Part shown: one piece after another, positions 29,983 through 39,082 of the stretch
Position numbering within the stretch: position 1 is the stretch's first letter
Layout: each line of letters starts with the position of its first letter
Virus record (IMG/VR): IMGVR_UViG_3300001533_000597
Coordinates: 1 to 62,409 of that record
Strand: one strand, 5' to 3'
Origin: a virus
Lineage: Duplodnaviria > Caudoviricetes
Length of the DNA: 62,409 nt
Made by a program: the position numbers and the translations under genes
The notes under the pieces: generated by a model
The model's database searches: none
What the model was told of the DNA's origin: nothing
Seen by the model: only the letters and a program-made list of their open reading frames with translations

Positions 29983-30827
29983 ACATAGGTATACTTACGC
30001 TACATTATACTTTTAATCCAGGCGCAATCGCACAGGCATATTGTCTATCAAAATTTTTAAACGCCCACATTATAGATTATGTACCAATCACCTTTAAAGA
30101 ATTTGTTGATGCAAGAAAAGAGGCTAACGAGTTTTTTCGGTCCTGTTTTTATTGGGGGCGCGAAAATTTACGACTATCACCATCCTTATCTACTTATGAG
30201 GACTATGTAGATTATGCTAATACATTGGATTTATTAGTAGTCGGGTCAGATGAAGTATTAAATCAGTATCCATTTCAGTGCGACGTGGGCTGTCCATCTG
30301 TATATTATGGGGTGGATATTAAAATACCGAAAATATTATGGGCGGCGTCGTCTAATCCAAACCAAGCTATTTTAGGTCCATCAGAATGTGAGGCTCTTAG
30401 AAATTTTGACGTATTATCTGTACGAGACTGGCATACATTTTATAAATTACCTAGCAAATTAGCCAATACAACTAATATTGTGCCAGACCCCACGTTTGCT
30501 TTAGAAAACTGGTATCCAAAACGCGATAAAATTCTTCAACGTGAAGTTACTACAACTGTTCAATGGTCTATCAACAATAATTGCCATAATCCTTTGGAAT
30601 GGTTTTCTCGCATCTCATCTCTGTATAAAGCTAAGGTCAAATCATTTCATCAGACTGTAGCTTGTATACTAGGTAATGTAGAAATTACACAATGTTTAGA
30701 TAATAGACGTAAGACATTAGAGCTATTAAGTTTAGTCAGAAATTCATCATATGAACACATCATAGACCAATATCAAGACATTTCGAATGCATTTAAGAAT
30801 TATATGTATCATAGGCTACCATTATGA
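29979..30827 (+). CDS. Polysaccharide pyruvyl-transferase-like protein
   Basis: IGILT, N.GA..QAY, VVGSDEV, AAS, LSVRD, DPTF, SFH. Confidence 0.75.
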   Translation: MNIGILTLHYTFNPGAIAQAYCLSKFLNAHIIDYVPITFKEFVDARKEANEFFRSCFYWGRENLRLSPSLSTYEDYVDYANTLDLLVVGSDEVLNQYPFQCDVGCPSVYYGVDIKIPKILWAASSNPNQAILGPSECEALRNFDVLSVRDWHTFYKLPSKLANTTNIVPDPTFALENWYPKRDKILQREVTTTVQWSINNNCHNPLEWFSRISSLYKAKVKSFHQTVACILGNVEITQCLDNRRKTLELLSLVRNSSYEHIIDQYQDISNAFKNYMYHRLPL

Positions 30828-31564
30828 TTAGTTTTATTATTAGCACCAACGGTAAGCACCCCCTACAATTATCGTGTGCCATTAAATCTATTAGATATGC
30901 AGCATCATTTACCGATATTGCATATGAAATTATATTGGTGGGGTATACTAAATCATTTGCTAATATAGATAATAGGTTAATATGTATTGAGTGTGATAAA
31001 GCAAGTCAACAAAACTATTGGGGTTTAGGTAAAAATATAGGGGCGCGATTCTCCCACTTTTCTAATTTAGTTTTTATGTCAGACAAAATCTTATTAGAAC
31101 CAAGTTGGATACAGCGTTTTATACAGTTTAAGGATTGGGATGTTTGTAGTTGTAAAATTTTGACTCCATCAGGTGGTAGATATTTTGATAAAAGTACATC
31201 GTGTCCACATGAACTTGTTGTATATGATTGTCCAGACAACTTACCCCACCTATATTTTACACGAGATTTCTTTATTATTAACAAGGATGTGTGGCAACAA
31301 CATGCCTGGCGTAATTTTATCAAGTCCGAATCCTATATGAAAGGTGATATTAGTTTTAACGAGGACGTAGAATATTGTGAGAGACTAATAGAAAGGGGAT
31401 ATACATTAAGATTTGATAGTGAAAATACGGTTTGGTATTGGGATTATACATACATACAACAGGGTAATAATACAATACGTTTACCATACAATCAGACCAC
31501 ACCAATAGAATATAAAGAATTTACACATACATTACGGGATATTTATTCATGGGACAATATTTAA
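30824..31564 (+). CDS. GT2-like glycosyltransferase
   Basis: ISFIIST, KNIGA, LVFMSD, EDVEY..RL..RGY. Confidence 0.7.
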   Translation: MISFIISTNGKHPLQLSCAIKSIRYAASFTDIAYEIILVGYTKSFANIDNRLICIECDKASQQNYWGLGKNIGARFSHFSNLVFMSDKILLEPSWIQRFIQFKDWDVCSCKILTPSGGRYFDKSTSCPHELVVYDCPDNLPHLYFTRDFFIINKDVWQQHAWRNFIKSESYMKGDISFNEDVEYCERLIERGYTLRFDSENTVWYWDYTYIQQGNNTIRLPYNQTTPIEYKEFTHTLRDIYSWDNI

Positions 31565-32496
31565 TAGTTGCACAGAAATATAAACCACATATAGGAGGAA
31601 CAGCCAATTTTGTTCAAACTATAGCCGAAGGTTTAGATAGTGCTGGCCATAAGACTATAGTGTTAGCCGACAATGGCGGAGAAGACCACTATTTAAATAA
31701 TGTGCTTGTAACTAGTAACTTTGAATATGTCCTGGCTTCTTATAATGCTATCCTCATTATAGATTCTTGTCTCAAAACGTATACTACTAAATGGTTAGAA
31801 TACACACATAAAATTAGTTCTCCAATATATTATTGGCTACTCGAGAATAGATATACTGTAAACAATTGTCAGTCTATTGGAGAAGCTGATTGTGTAATAT
31901 ATTATAGTGAATTAACGAAACAGATGTTAAATCATTTTCACGTTAAGGGTCATTATGTACCACCAGGTATTAATATTGAAAATTCCATACAAAATAAGGG
32001 GCAGTCTGGAATAACAACCGAATATTATATGTCGGCTAGTGGGTATTGGGCACATAAACGCCATAATGATTTAGCTAGAATTTTTAATTTTCTACAATAT
32101 CCTATTCTCATCAATACGGGGTGTTGCAATGAACCACATATACCTCAAGATTCCGATTTTGTGCGCAACCTAATAATTAATGAGAAAGAACATATGTTAA
32201 AAATATTGGCAGATAGTCAATGTTACATTATGCATAGTTTATTTGAAGGATTTGGCCTAATTCTTTTAGAGGCTATGATTAATAAGGTACCCTGGTATGC
32301 TTATCATACAGGTGGGGCTATAGATTTACAACACTGGGGCTTTACTTATACTCATAACGATGAGTTGATAAAAGCCATTTTAAACAATGAGTGGGAACAT
32401 ATAGATGTGCAGGCCGCCTATGAATACGCGGTAGAGCATCACTCTATATCGAATATGATAAGTGCGTTATGTCATATTTTGCCAGGGGCTGCTTGA
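31549..32496 (+). CDS. GT4 glycosyltransferase
   Basis: PHIGG, PPGI, HKRH, EGFGLILLEAM..KVP. Confidence 0.85.
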   Translation: MGQYLIVAQKYKPHIGGTANFVQTIAEGLDSAGHKTIVLADNGGEDHYLNNVLVTSNFEYVLASYNAILIIDSCLKTYTTKWLEYTHKISSPIYYWLLENRYTVNNCQSIGEADCVIYYSELTKQMLNHFHVKGHYVPPGINIENSIQNKGQSGITTEYYMSASGYWAHKRHNDLARIFNFLQYPILINTGCCNEPHIPQDSDFVRNLIINEKEHMLKILADSQCYIMHSLFEGFGLILLEAMINKVPWYAYHTGGAIDLQHWGFTYTHNDELIKAILNNEWEHIDVQAAYEYAVEHHSISNMISALCHILPGAA

Positions 32497-32520
32497 CACT
32501 TCTCTCGCCGCTCGTATAAA
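32493..32520 (+). promoter_or_regulatory. Sigma70-type promoter candidate
   Basis: TTGACA-16 nt-TATAAA upstream of the 32541 ORF. Confidence 0.55.
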
Positions 32521-32540
32521 TACTATGAGGCAGCACGACA

Positions 32541-32735
32541 ATGAAAAAATATCTTATTACTACACCAAATTTTACTTGTAAATGTCATGTTACAGAGTTT
32601 GGAATTGTTGAATATGCTGCTCCCATTATTCAATGGTCATTTGGACATAGATTTGATAGATTAAAGGGGTGGTTGACTCATAAATTTGGGTCGTCTTATA
32701 CAATTGAGGAATTGCATCCAGAGGATAAGTACTAA
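32541..32735 (+). CDS. Small hypothetical protein
   Basis: GAGG SD; AAPIIQW..G. Confidence 0.55.
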   Translation: MKKYLITTPNFTCKCHVTEFGIVEYAAPIIQWSFGHRFDRLKGWLTHKFGSSYTIEELHPEDKY

Positions 32736-32746
32736 TTTAGTTGGAG

Positions 32747-32896
32747 GGTTATCTTCTGATAATCTGTAGAGAACTATATGTACTTGGGGAATCCGAAGTT
32801 CTTATACCCCGATAAGAACAGTGATGCAATTTGTGGTCGGTGACTTCGATTCGTCGAAGGGGTTATGGAGGTGGGAATTTTTATATTATACGACCA
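32747..32896 (+). ncRNA. Candidate structured RNA upstream of purine salvage genes
   Basis: Three hairpins including CTTCGA-TTCG-TCGAAG, plus long-range TGGTCG/CGACCA pairing; family not recognised. Confidence 0.35.
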
Positions 32897-32938
32897 ATTA
32901 TTATGAAATATATTATTCATTACTTGGGATAAAAATAA

Positions 32939-33367
32939 ATGAACATTATTTCTTATAATCAATATACCATTGATAATATGATAGATGAATTATATCAACA
33001 AATTCAAGCCTATCCATTTCAATGCGTAGTGGGTATAAAAAATGGTGGTTTAAATATTAGTATACCAATCGCTAAACGATTAGGTCTACCACATTATATT
33101 GTTCATATTTCATTTTATCACAAAATCCCTATTATTAAAAGTGAGGATATATTACCAACGAATATTAAGCAAGAAAAGATTATAGTTATTGATGATTTGA
33201 TAGACGGCGGGCGAACAATAAAAACTTTCCAACGCCTATTTTGTGAGCGGGCTTATATTGGTGTATTATTTTGGAATAAGCAAAGTGATGTTAAACCTGA
33301 TTTTTATGTACAAGAGAAGCCTCCTAATAGCTGGCTAGAATTTCCATGGGAGATTGAAAATGAATAG
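32939..33367 (+). CDS. Purine phosphoribosyltransferase (HPRT/XGPRT-like)
   Basis: VGIKNGG, VIDDLIDGGRT, PDFY, WLEFPWE. Confidence 0.85.
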   Translation: MNIISYNQYTIDNMIDELYQQIQAYPFQCVVGIKNGGLNISIPIAKRLGLPHYIVHISFYHKIPIIKSEDILPTNIKQEKIIVIDDLIDGGRTIKTFQRLFCERAYIGVLFWNKQSDVKPDFYVQEKPPNSWLEFPWEIENE

Positions 33368-33605
33368 ACGAGAATATCAAGCACTAGTTGAAAAATTACA
33401 AACACAAGTAAACGATTTACAACAAGCACAATATAGGTATGATACCTTAGTGGATGCCATAGATGAATTATATCAGGCTACAGAATGGATACCGACTGGC
33501 GAGTGTGAGGCCGAATCGTTGTGGGCCAACGTATTAGAGGCCGCTGGTTTGGAAGAAAAGGAACGTGAAGTATATATAGGTAATTTTGACGACGAAGAAG
33601 AATGA
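33360..33605 (+). CDS. Small acidic hypothetical protein
   Basis: ORF bridging the PRTase and GuaC-like genes. Confidence 0.5.
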   Translation: MNRREYQALVEKLQTQVNDLQQAQYRYDTLVDAIDELYQATEWIPTGECEAESLWANVLEAAGLEEKEREVYIGNFDDEEE

Positions 33606-34585
33606 ATTATAACGATATAGGATTGGTTCCACGACTTATCTCAAATATTGATAGCCGTAGTAAAGTTGATACTAGTATAGAATTTGCTGGTATGAAATTA
33701 TCTATACCTCTTATTGCAAGTCCTATGCCTGATGTTTGTGATGGCAATATGGCGCGGATATTGGCAGAGAATGGGGCCTATGGTTTTATTCATAGATTTA
33801 TGACAATTGAAGAACAAGCGATAGAGTTTTCATTAGCACTAAAACAAGGTTCTACTTGGAATGTGCTACCGACCCTTAGTTGTGGATGTGCAATAGGTAT
33901 TACAGATGATTATTTAGACAGATTTCAAACACTATATCTTGCTGGTTGCCGCTCATTTTGTATTGACGTAGCTAATGGGGCCAACATTTTGACCGCCCGG
34001 GCTATAGAGAATGTTCTTTCTTTGCATAATAATATTTATCTGACGGTTGGCAATGTCGCATCATTACAATGTTTTAATTGGCTAGCGAAATTACCGGGTG
34101 TATATGCGATTCGCTGTGGTATTGCCGGTGGGCAAGTATGTAGTACCAAAATAGAAACCGGTATATGTCGAGGTATGGTAAATGTTATTTACGAATGTGA
34201 TAGGTGGCGACAGAATCAAAACGTACTATTAATAGCAGATAGTGGTATTAAGACGCCTGGAGATATGTGTAAGGCTTTAGCTTTAGGTGCGGATGCTGTT
34301 ATGGTTGGTAGTCTTTTAGCCTCTAGTATAGATAGTCCAGCCAATACACTAAAAATTGATGGGAAAATTATGAAGGTATGTCGTGGGGCTGCATCATTTT
34401 CAGTCCAGCAGAATAATGGCAAAACCCCGCAATATGTAGAGGGCTTAGAAACATTAATTCCTATAGCTACTAATGTTTCAAAAATCTTAAGTAGGTTTAA
34501 GAAAGGCATACAGTCAAGTATGTCCTATATGGACGCTAGCAATTTATCAACCTATCGGGAAAATGTAAGTATATGCAAACTATAA
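33602..34585 (+). CDS. GMP reductase / IMP dehydrogenase family, no CBS domain
   Basis: IASPM, IHRF, IDVANG, GNVA, GIAGGQVCST (catalytic Cys), ADSGI, ALGADAVMVGS, VEG. Confidence 0.88.
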   Translation: MNYNDIGLVPRLISNIDSRSKVDTSIEFAGMKLSIPLIASPMPDVCDGNMARILAENGAYGFIHRFMTIEEQAIEFSLALKQGSTWNVLPTLSCGCAIGITDDYLDRFQTLYLAGCRSFCIDVANGANILTARAIENVLSLHNNIYLTVGNVASLQCFNWLAKLPGVYAIRCGIAGGQVCSTKIETGICRGMVNVIYECDRWRQNQNVLLIADSGIKTPGDMCKALALGADAVMVGSLLASSIDSPANTLKIDGKIMKVCRGAASFSVQQNNGKTPQYVEGLETLIPIATNVSKILSRFKKGIQSSMSYMDASNLSTYRENVSICKL

Positions 34586-34923
34586 AACCAAAAGAAGGCT
34601 TTACAACTAAAGCTAAGTTACTACGCGTGATAGATGGGGATACTATTGAGGTGGAAGTTACTCGACGTTTCCCATTACGCCTAATACATCCAGAAAAAAG
34701 ATTCAATGCGCCGGAATTATCTACTAAAGAGGGCGTTGAGGCTAAAGAGTTTGTAGAAGGATATTGTTATGGAGCATCTGATATTACTATTTTTATTCCG
34801 GCAGGGTGTTCAGATGTCCTAACTGACATTAATAGTTTTAACAGATTATTGGGAGAAGTCTGGGTAGGAAATAAAAATTTGGTAGATGTTATAATGGAAC
34901 ATGGATATGGAGAATTAAAATGA
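34573..34923 (+). CDS. Thermonuclease (SNase-like)
   Basis: RVIDGDTIEV, NAPE, RLLGEV. Confidence 0.8.
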   Translation: MQTIKPKEGFTTKAKLLRVIDGDTIEVEVTRRFPLRLIHPEKRFNAPELSTKEGVEAKEFVEGYCYGASDITIFIPAGCSDVLTDINSFNRLLGEVWVGNKNLVDVIMEHGYGELK

Positions 34924-35351
34924 ATAGAACAACCACCATTCTAATGAGTTGTTTAATAGTAGTCAGTTGTATCGCCTCCATTTTGGGATACGAAAAGTAT
35001 GAACAAGTTTATGGTGAAAATCAAATACAACGACTAGAACAACAAGTGAATAGTTTAGAAACACAACTAGAGCAAACACAACGTCAATATACAGTTAGTC
35101 TTACCGCAGCTACCTCTGCATTTTTGGGTGCTGTTCATGTCAATAAGCGTATTTCTAGTTTAATTGAATCGCTTGCTAAGGTATTACCGGCAGGTGCCTA
35201 TATTGTACCTCCTGATGATTTAGAAGAATTTGACCCACGTATATTACTACCCGAGGAAATGCCAGAGTTAGAACATATGCAAACACCTAATTTAGAACCT
35301 ACACCCGAGGAACCAACCCCGGCAACACCACCGCATGAAGTAGAACCATAA
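34920..35351 (+). CDS. Membrane-anchored coiled-coil protein with Pro/Glu tail
   Basis: N-terminal TM, heptads, PTPEEPTP. Confidence 0.6.
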   Translation: MNRTTTILMSCLIVVSCIASILGYEKYEQVYGENQIQRLEQQVNSLETQLEQTQRQYTVSLTAATSAFLGAVHVNKRISSLIESLAKVLPAGAYIVPPDDLEEFDPRILLPEEMPELEHMQTPNLEPTPEEPTPATPPHEVEP

Positions 35352-35434
35352 AATGTATGGGCAGAAACTTATTATGATTGTCATGGTAATGAATTTATTT
35401 TAAATCCCTCATCCTATATATTTCGTGATAGACT

Positions 35435-36490
35435 ATGGCAAATATCAACCTATACATTTCAACTTCTAATACTGGATATGGTATAGCCTCTAAGTATATT
35501 CTGAATGAACTATACATTGGAGACTTTGACATTTCCTTATTTACACATGGTCCACTTATTACTTCAAACCCGATAGAATATGATTTATTAGCACGCCTTG
35601 TAAATAACAAAGCGGATTGGTCGGCGCCCTGCCTTAATATTTGGCATGAATGGGATTTAGGAACTCGTGTTGGTAATGGCACATATATAGCTTATCCATT
35701 TTTTGAATTAAATAAATTACGAGAACAAGCTAAACACAGTCTCTTAGCCCCTAATCTTATACTTACCGCGTCTAAGTGGTCACAAGAAATTATTAAAAAA
35801 GAAAGTGGTCGCCAATCTACTATAGTACCTTTAGGAGTAGATACCACAATTTTCTTTCCCACCGAAAAAAATAAGGATGGCCCCTATATTTTCTTTAATA
35901 GTGGTAAATTTTCTACCAATAAGGGGCACGACTTTCTAATTCGTTGTTTCGACAAGGCGTTCACTAAACAAGATAATGTGGAACTTTGGATGATGCCCTT
36001 TATTTGTCCTTTTAGTGATAAAAACCTACAATATTGGGTCAATATGTATCAACAATCCAAACTGCACAGTAAACTCCAACTAATTAAGCCCGTCTCCTCT
36101 CATTCTGACGTTGCATCTACAATTCAACAGGTTGATGCCGGTGTTTTTCCCTTTCGAGCGGAGGGGTGGAATATGCCACTATTAGAAACTCTTGCTTGTG
36201 GAAAACCCGTCATTGCCACTAATTATGGTGGCCCAACCGAATACCTTACGTCGAATAATTCCTCTTTGCTTAATATAGATGAAATGGAAAGGGCTCTTGA
36301 TAATGCTTGGTTTGATGGCCATGGGGAATGGGCATATTTAGGCTACGAACAAGAAGAACAGTGCATCGAATATATGCGACATATGTATAGAGAACGTCCT
36401 GATAATCCAGAGGGGGTCGTGACTGCACAAAACTTTACATGGAACCATACGGGGGAGCAAATTTCCCAGATTTTGCTTGACAGCGTGTAG
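35435..36490 (+). CDS. GT4 glycosyltransferase
   Basis: TGYG, PLGVD, NKGHD, AEGWNMPLLETLACGKPVIAT. Confidence 0.88.
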   Translation: MANINLYISTSNTGYGIASKYILNELYIGDFDISLFTHGPLITSNPIEYDLLARLVNNKADWSAPCLNIWHEWDLGTRVGNGTYIAYPFFELNKLREQAKHSLLAPNLILTASKWSQEIIKKESGRQSTIVPLGVDTTIFFPTEKNKDGPYIFFNSGKFSTNKGHDFLIRCFDKAFTKQDNVELWMMPFICPFSDKNLQYWVNMYQQSKLHSKLQLIKPVSSHSDVASTIQQVDAGVFPFRAEGWNMPLLETLACGKPVIATNYGGPTEYLTSNNSSLLNIDEMERALDNAWFDGHGEWAYLGYEQEEQCIEYMRHMYRERPDNPEGVVTAQNFTWNHTGEQISQILLDSV

Positions 36491-36505
36491 AAAATTTGGT
36501 ATAAT
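36477..36505 (+). promoter_or_regulatory. Consensus sigma70 promoter
   Basis: TTGACA-17 nt-TATAAT with extended -10 TG. Confidence 0.8.
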
Positions 36506-36648
36506 AAAATGACGAGTCGGAGGCACAAATAGTGAGCGAGTTTTTAGTCGCTATTACTTAATTATGATGTACATAATCTTTGCTATATTATTTGTTTCGT
36601 AGTCGCATATATGTTGACTCTAATACTGTTTGACGACTAAACTATCAT

Positions 36649-37155
36649 ATGAACATTTTCTTTTTAGATAAAGACCCAATATTGGCAGCTAAATATCAGT
36701 GTGATGCACACGTTGTCAAGATGATAGTTGAAACGGCACAAATATTATCAACGGCTCAACATATCCTCACAGACGAACCATTGAAAATTGATGAAGCCTC
36801 CATTTACAGAATAACACACAAACATCAACCAGTTAGTGTTTGGTGTAGGTCTAATTGTGCTAATTATGGATGGACTTGTCGTCACGGATTAGCATTATGT
36901 CAAGAATATACATATAGATATGGGAAAAAACATAAAAGTCAAGACGTTATAGAATATTGTTATACCAATTATCCTATGAAGCTATCTATAGAATCAGAAA
37001 TTTCACCGCCCGCACAAGTTATGCCAGAAATTTATCAAGATGAAAGTACTATTGATGGCGCAGTACGAGCCTACCGTAAATATTATAAAGAGTTTAAATT
37101 GCATACTATGAGATGTAGATGGACCAAAAGGGAAAAACCTGAATGGTTGCTGTGA
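36649..37155 (+). CDS. Pyrimidine-dimer DNA glycosylase (DenV-like) family protein
   Basis: MNIFFLD, HVVKMIVETAQILS, EYTYRYGK.H, AYRKYY, R..P.W. Confidence 0.75.
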   Translation: MNIFFLDKDPILAAKYQCDAHVVKMIVETAQILSTAQHILTDEPLKIDEASIYRITHKHQPVSVWCRSNCANYGWTCRHGLALCQEYTYRYGKKHKSQDVIEYCYTNYPMKLSIESEISPPAQVMPEIYQDESTIDGAVRAYRKYYKEFKLHTMRCRWTKREKPEWLL

Positions 37156-37251
37156 CCATACTTTAAATTCCCATAAATACTCATAATAAGTGTATAATAT
37201 AAGGGGTCTGTAAAGTAATTATCAAATGTCCATTTAAACGAGAGGTAACAA

Positions 37252-38261
37252 ATGTCAACAAAACGAGTATTACTATATTGTGCCAGTGCTCTATTCGGCT
37301 TTGATGCTGGATATTTAGTACGCGGTAATGTAAGTTTTTGGGAATATGTTGTATTAGGATTTCTTTTATTAGTAGGTATATTCTTTCACGTATGGAGTCT
37401 AACATATGTTAAGCGCGATTAAAATTATGGCAGCCATTGTTCTACTTCTTCCGGCTTGGCTCATTCTTGTAGTATTAGTAACCCTACTAGGCTTAGTGGG
37501 AATATTAATTAAAGTTTTGCTATCCCCTTGGAGTTGGGCATATCATACCCTACAAGGACAAGAACAACCTACAAGGTGGCGACCATTTTTCTCGGGGTGG
37601 TATGATGTATATGCTGATGTTTATAATGTAGTAGGCGTTAAATTACCATATAAGAATTAAAGATGTTATCATCTGACGATTGGAAACAGTATATTGCGGA
37701 TTGTTCGATAGATTATAAATCTCCTGATATTTTGGGTTTTACCGAAATAGAGATTTTACAGTTTTTGTATGGTACCCAAATGGATAACACGGTTATATCC
37801 TGGTGCCATGCTTTTAATCCATCAAGCATTAGAATACATTATGGTTGTATAACTTGTGATGCTAGTATAGGTCGCATCTCTATTGTGTTAAACGAAAACG
37901 ATATAGTAAAAAGTATAGAACAGGAAGTAATTGTTGGAGGTATGGCCGGTTGGGAGTTAGAAAAGATAACAAGGGAAAAATTAGCAAAAGAACTGGATAA
38001 ACCATGGAAAATTATTTAGGAAGGGCTATACGTGTTATTGTGTGTTGGCCAGTAGCATTTGTGGTTTGTTTGATTTGGTATTTATTATTCGTTTGTTTAT
38101 TTTTCATTGGTTATTTAGTATATATAATATTCTCACCATTTGGTTATACCGAAAAAGAAGCACTTGACGGATATGATAGTGAGATGATTTTAAGAACTGA
38201 AAAAATTCTTAATTGGTTTTGTTTGGAAACGAGAAAGGAAAAAGATGAATCAAAAAATTGA
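37252..38261 (+). other. Four small ORFs: membrane proteins 37252-37422, 37406-37660 and 38004-38261, and 37663-38019
   Basis: Hydrophobic segments; GAGG SD before 37252; AGTGTATAAT motif at 37189. Confidence 0.5.
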
Positions 38262-38967
38262 GTGGCCAACCCTATTTAAAAGGGACCAGTTGGGGCGTAT
38301 TCGCCAATGGACTATATATTGTACTGATAAAATTGGATACCCACAATATGTAGTATCACATGGACTACAAGATGGCAAGTCTCAAAGTACGGCCGTGGAT
38401 ATAATGGTTGGAAAAAACATTGGGAGGGCCAATGAGACGAGTGCTTGGCAGCAATGTGTCAATGAGGCACAAAGTTTATGGCAAAAACAAAAGGATAGAA
38501 AGGGATATGTAGAAAAACTAAATAATCAACAAGATAAAGAAACTAGATTGGTACCACCTATGTTGGCCAAGTCTTATAATCTAGCAGGAAAAGATATAAA
38601 TAAGTTAAAGGACGGGCGGAAAATTGCGTGGCCGGCATATATACAACCGAAGCTAGACGGATGTGTTTCTGGAGATACTTTAATTAAAACCAAAGAGTAT
38701 GGTTATAAAACCATTAAGTGGCTGGTGGAAAATCATATTAAATGTAAAGTTTTATCTCGAAACAAAAATGGAAGATTAGAATATAAATCCATTAGTTCTT
38801 ATTTTCAAAACAAATTAATCAGAGAGAATACACAATGGTATGAAATTGAATTAGAGCGAGGGGAAAAGTTGACCATTACAGGTAATCATCCTGTTTATTT
38901 ACCAGATTTTGATTGTTGGAGGCGTGTAGACCAGTTAGAAGGAAACGAAAATTTGATGTTAGTATGA
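38245..38967 (+). CDS. ATP-dependent DNA ligase N-part (139 aa) fused to split-intein N-half (101 aa, 38662-38964)
   Basis: GKNIGRANET, PMLAK, QPKLDG, then intein block A CVSGDTLI and block B TITGNHPV; TGA stop. Confidence 0.92.
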   Translation: MNQKIEWPTLFKRDQLGRIRQWTIYCTDKIGYPQYVVSHGLQDGKSQSTAVDIMVGKNIGRANETSAWQQCVNEAQSLWQKQKDRKGYVEKLNNQQDKETRLVPPMLAKSYNLAGKDINKLKDGRKIAWPAYIQPKLDGCVSGDTLIKTKEYGYKTIKWLVENHIKCKVLSRNKNGRLEYKSISSYFQNKLIRENTQWYEIELERGEKLTITGNHPVYLPDFDCWRRVDQLEGNENLMLV

Positions 38968-39082
38968 AAAATTTTAGATTTCTCCATCTAATGGTTATAA
39001 GGTATTAGTTATTTGGGAACAAGAATATTATGAAAATATTGAGCAGATTAGGGAGAAAATTTTAAATGCTATCAAAAATTAA
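38964..39082 (+). pseudogene. Internally deleted remnant of a Vsr/DUF559-like homing endonuclease
   Basis: ATG overlapping the upstream stop; in a shifted frame NGYKVLVIWEQEYYENIEQIREKILNAIKN* overlaps the next start. Confidence 0.7.

Noticed and set aside
32755-32800. Hammerhead ribozyme
   Set aside because: CTGATAA deviates from the CUGANGA core and no correctly placed GAAA/stem arrangement was found
38965-39065. Stop-codon readthrough, frameshift or intron joining the ligase halves
   Set aside because: Multiple stops in both frames, a separate SD for gene 2, complete split-intein motifs, and a gap too short for a self-splicing intron
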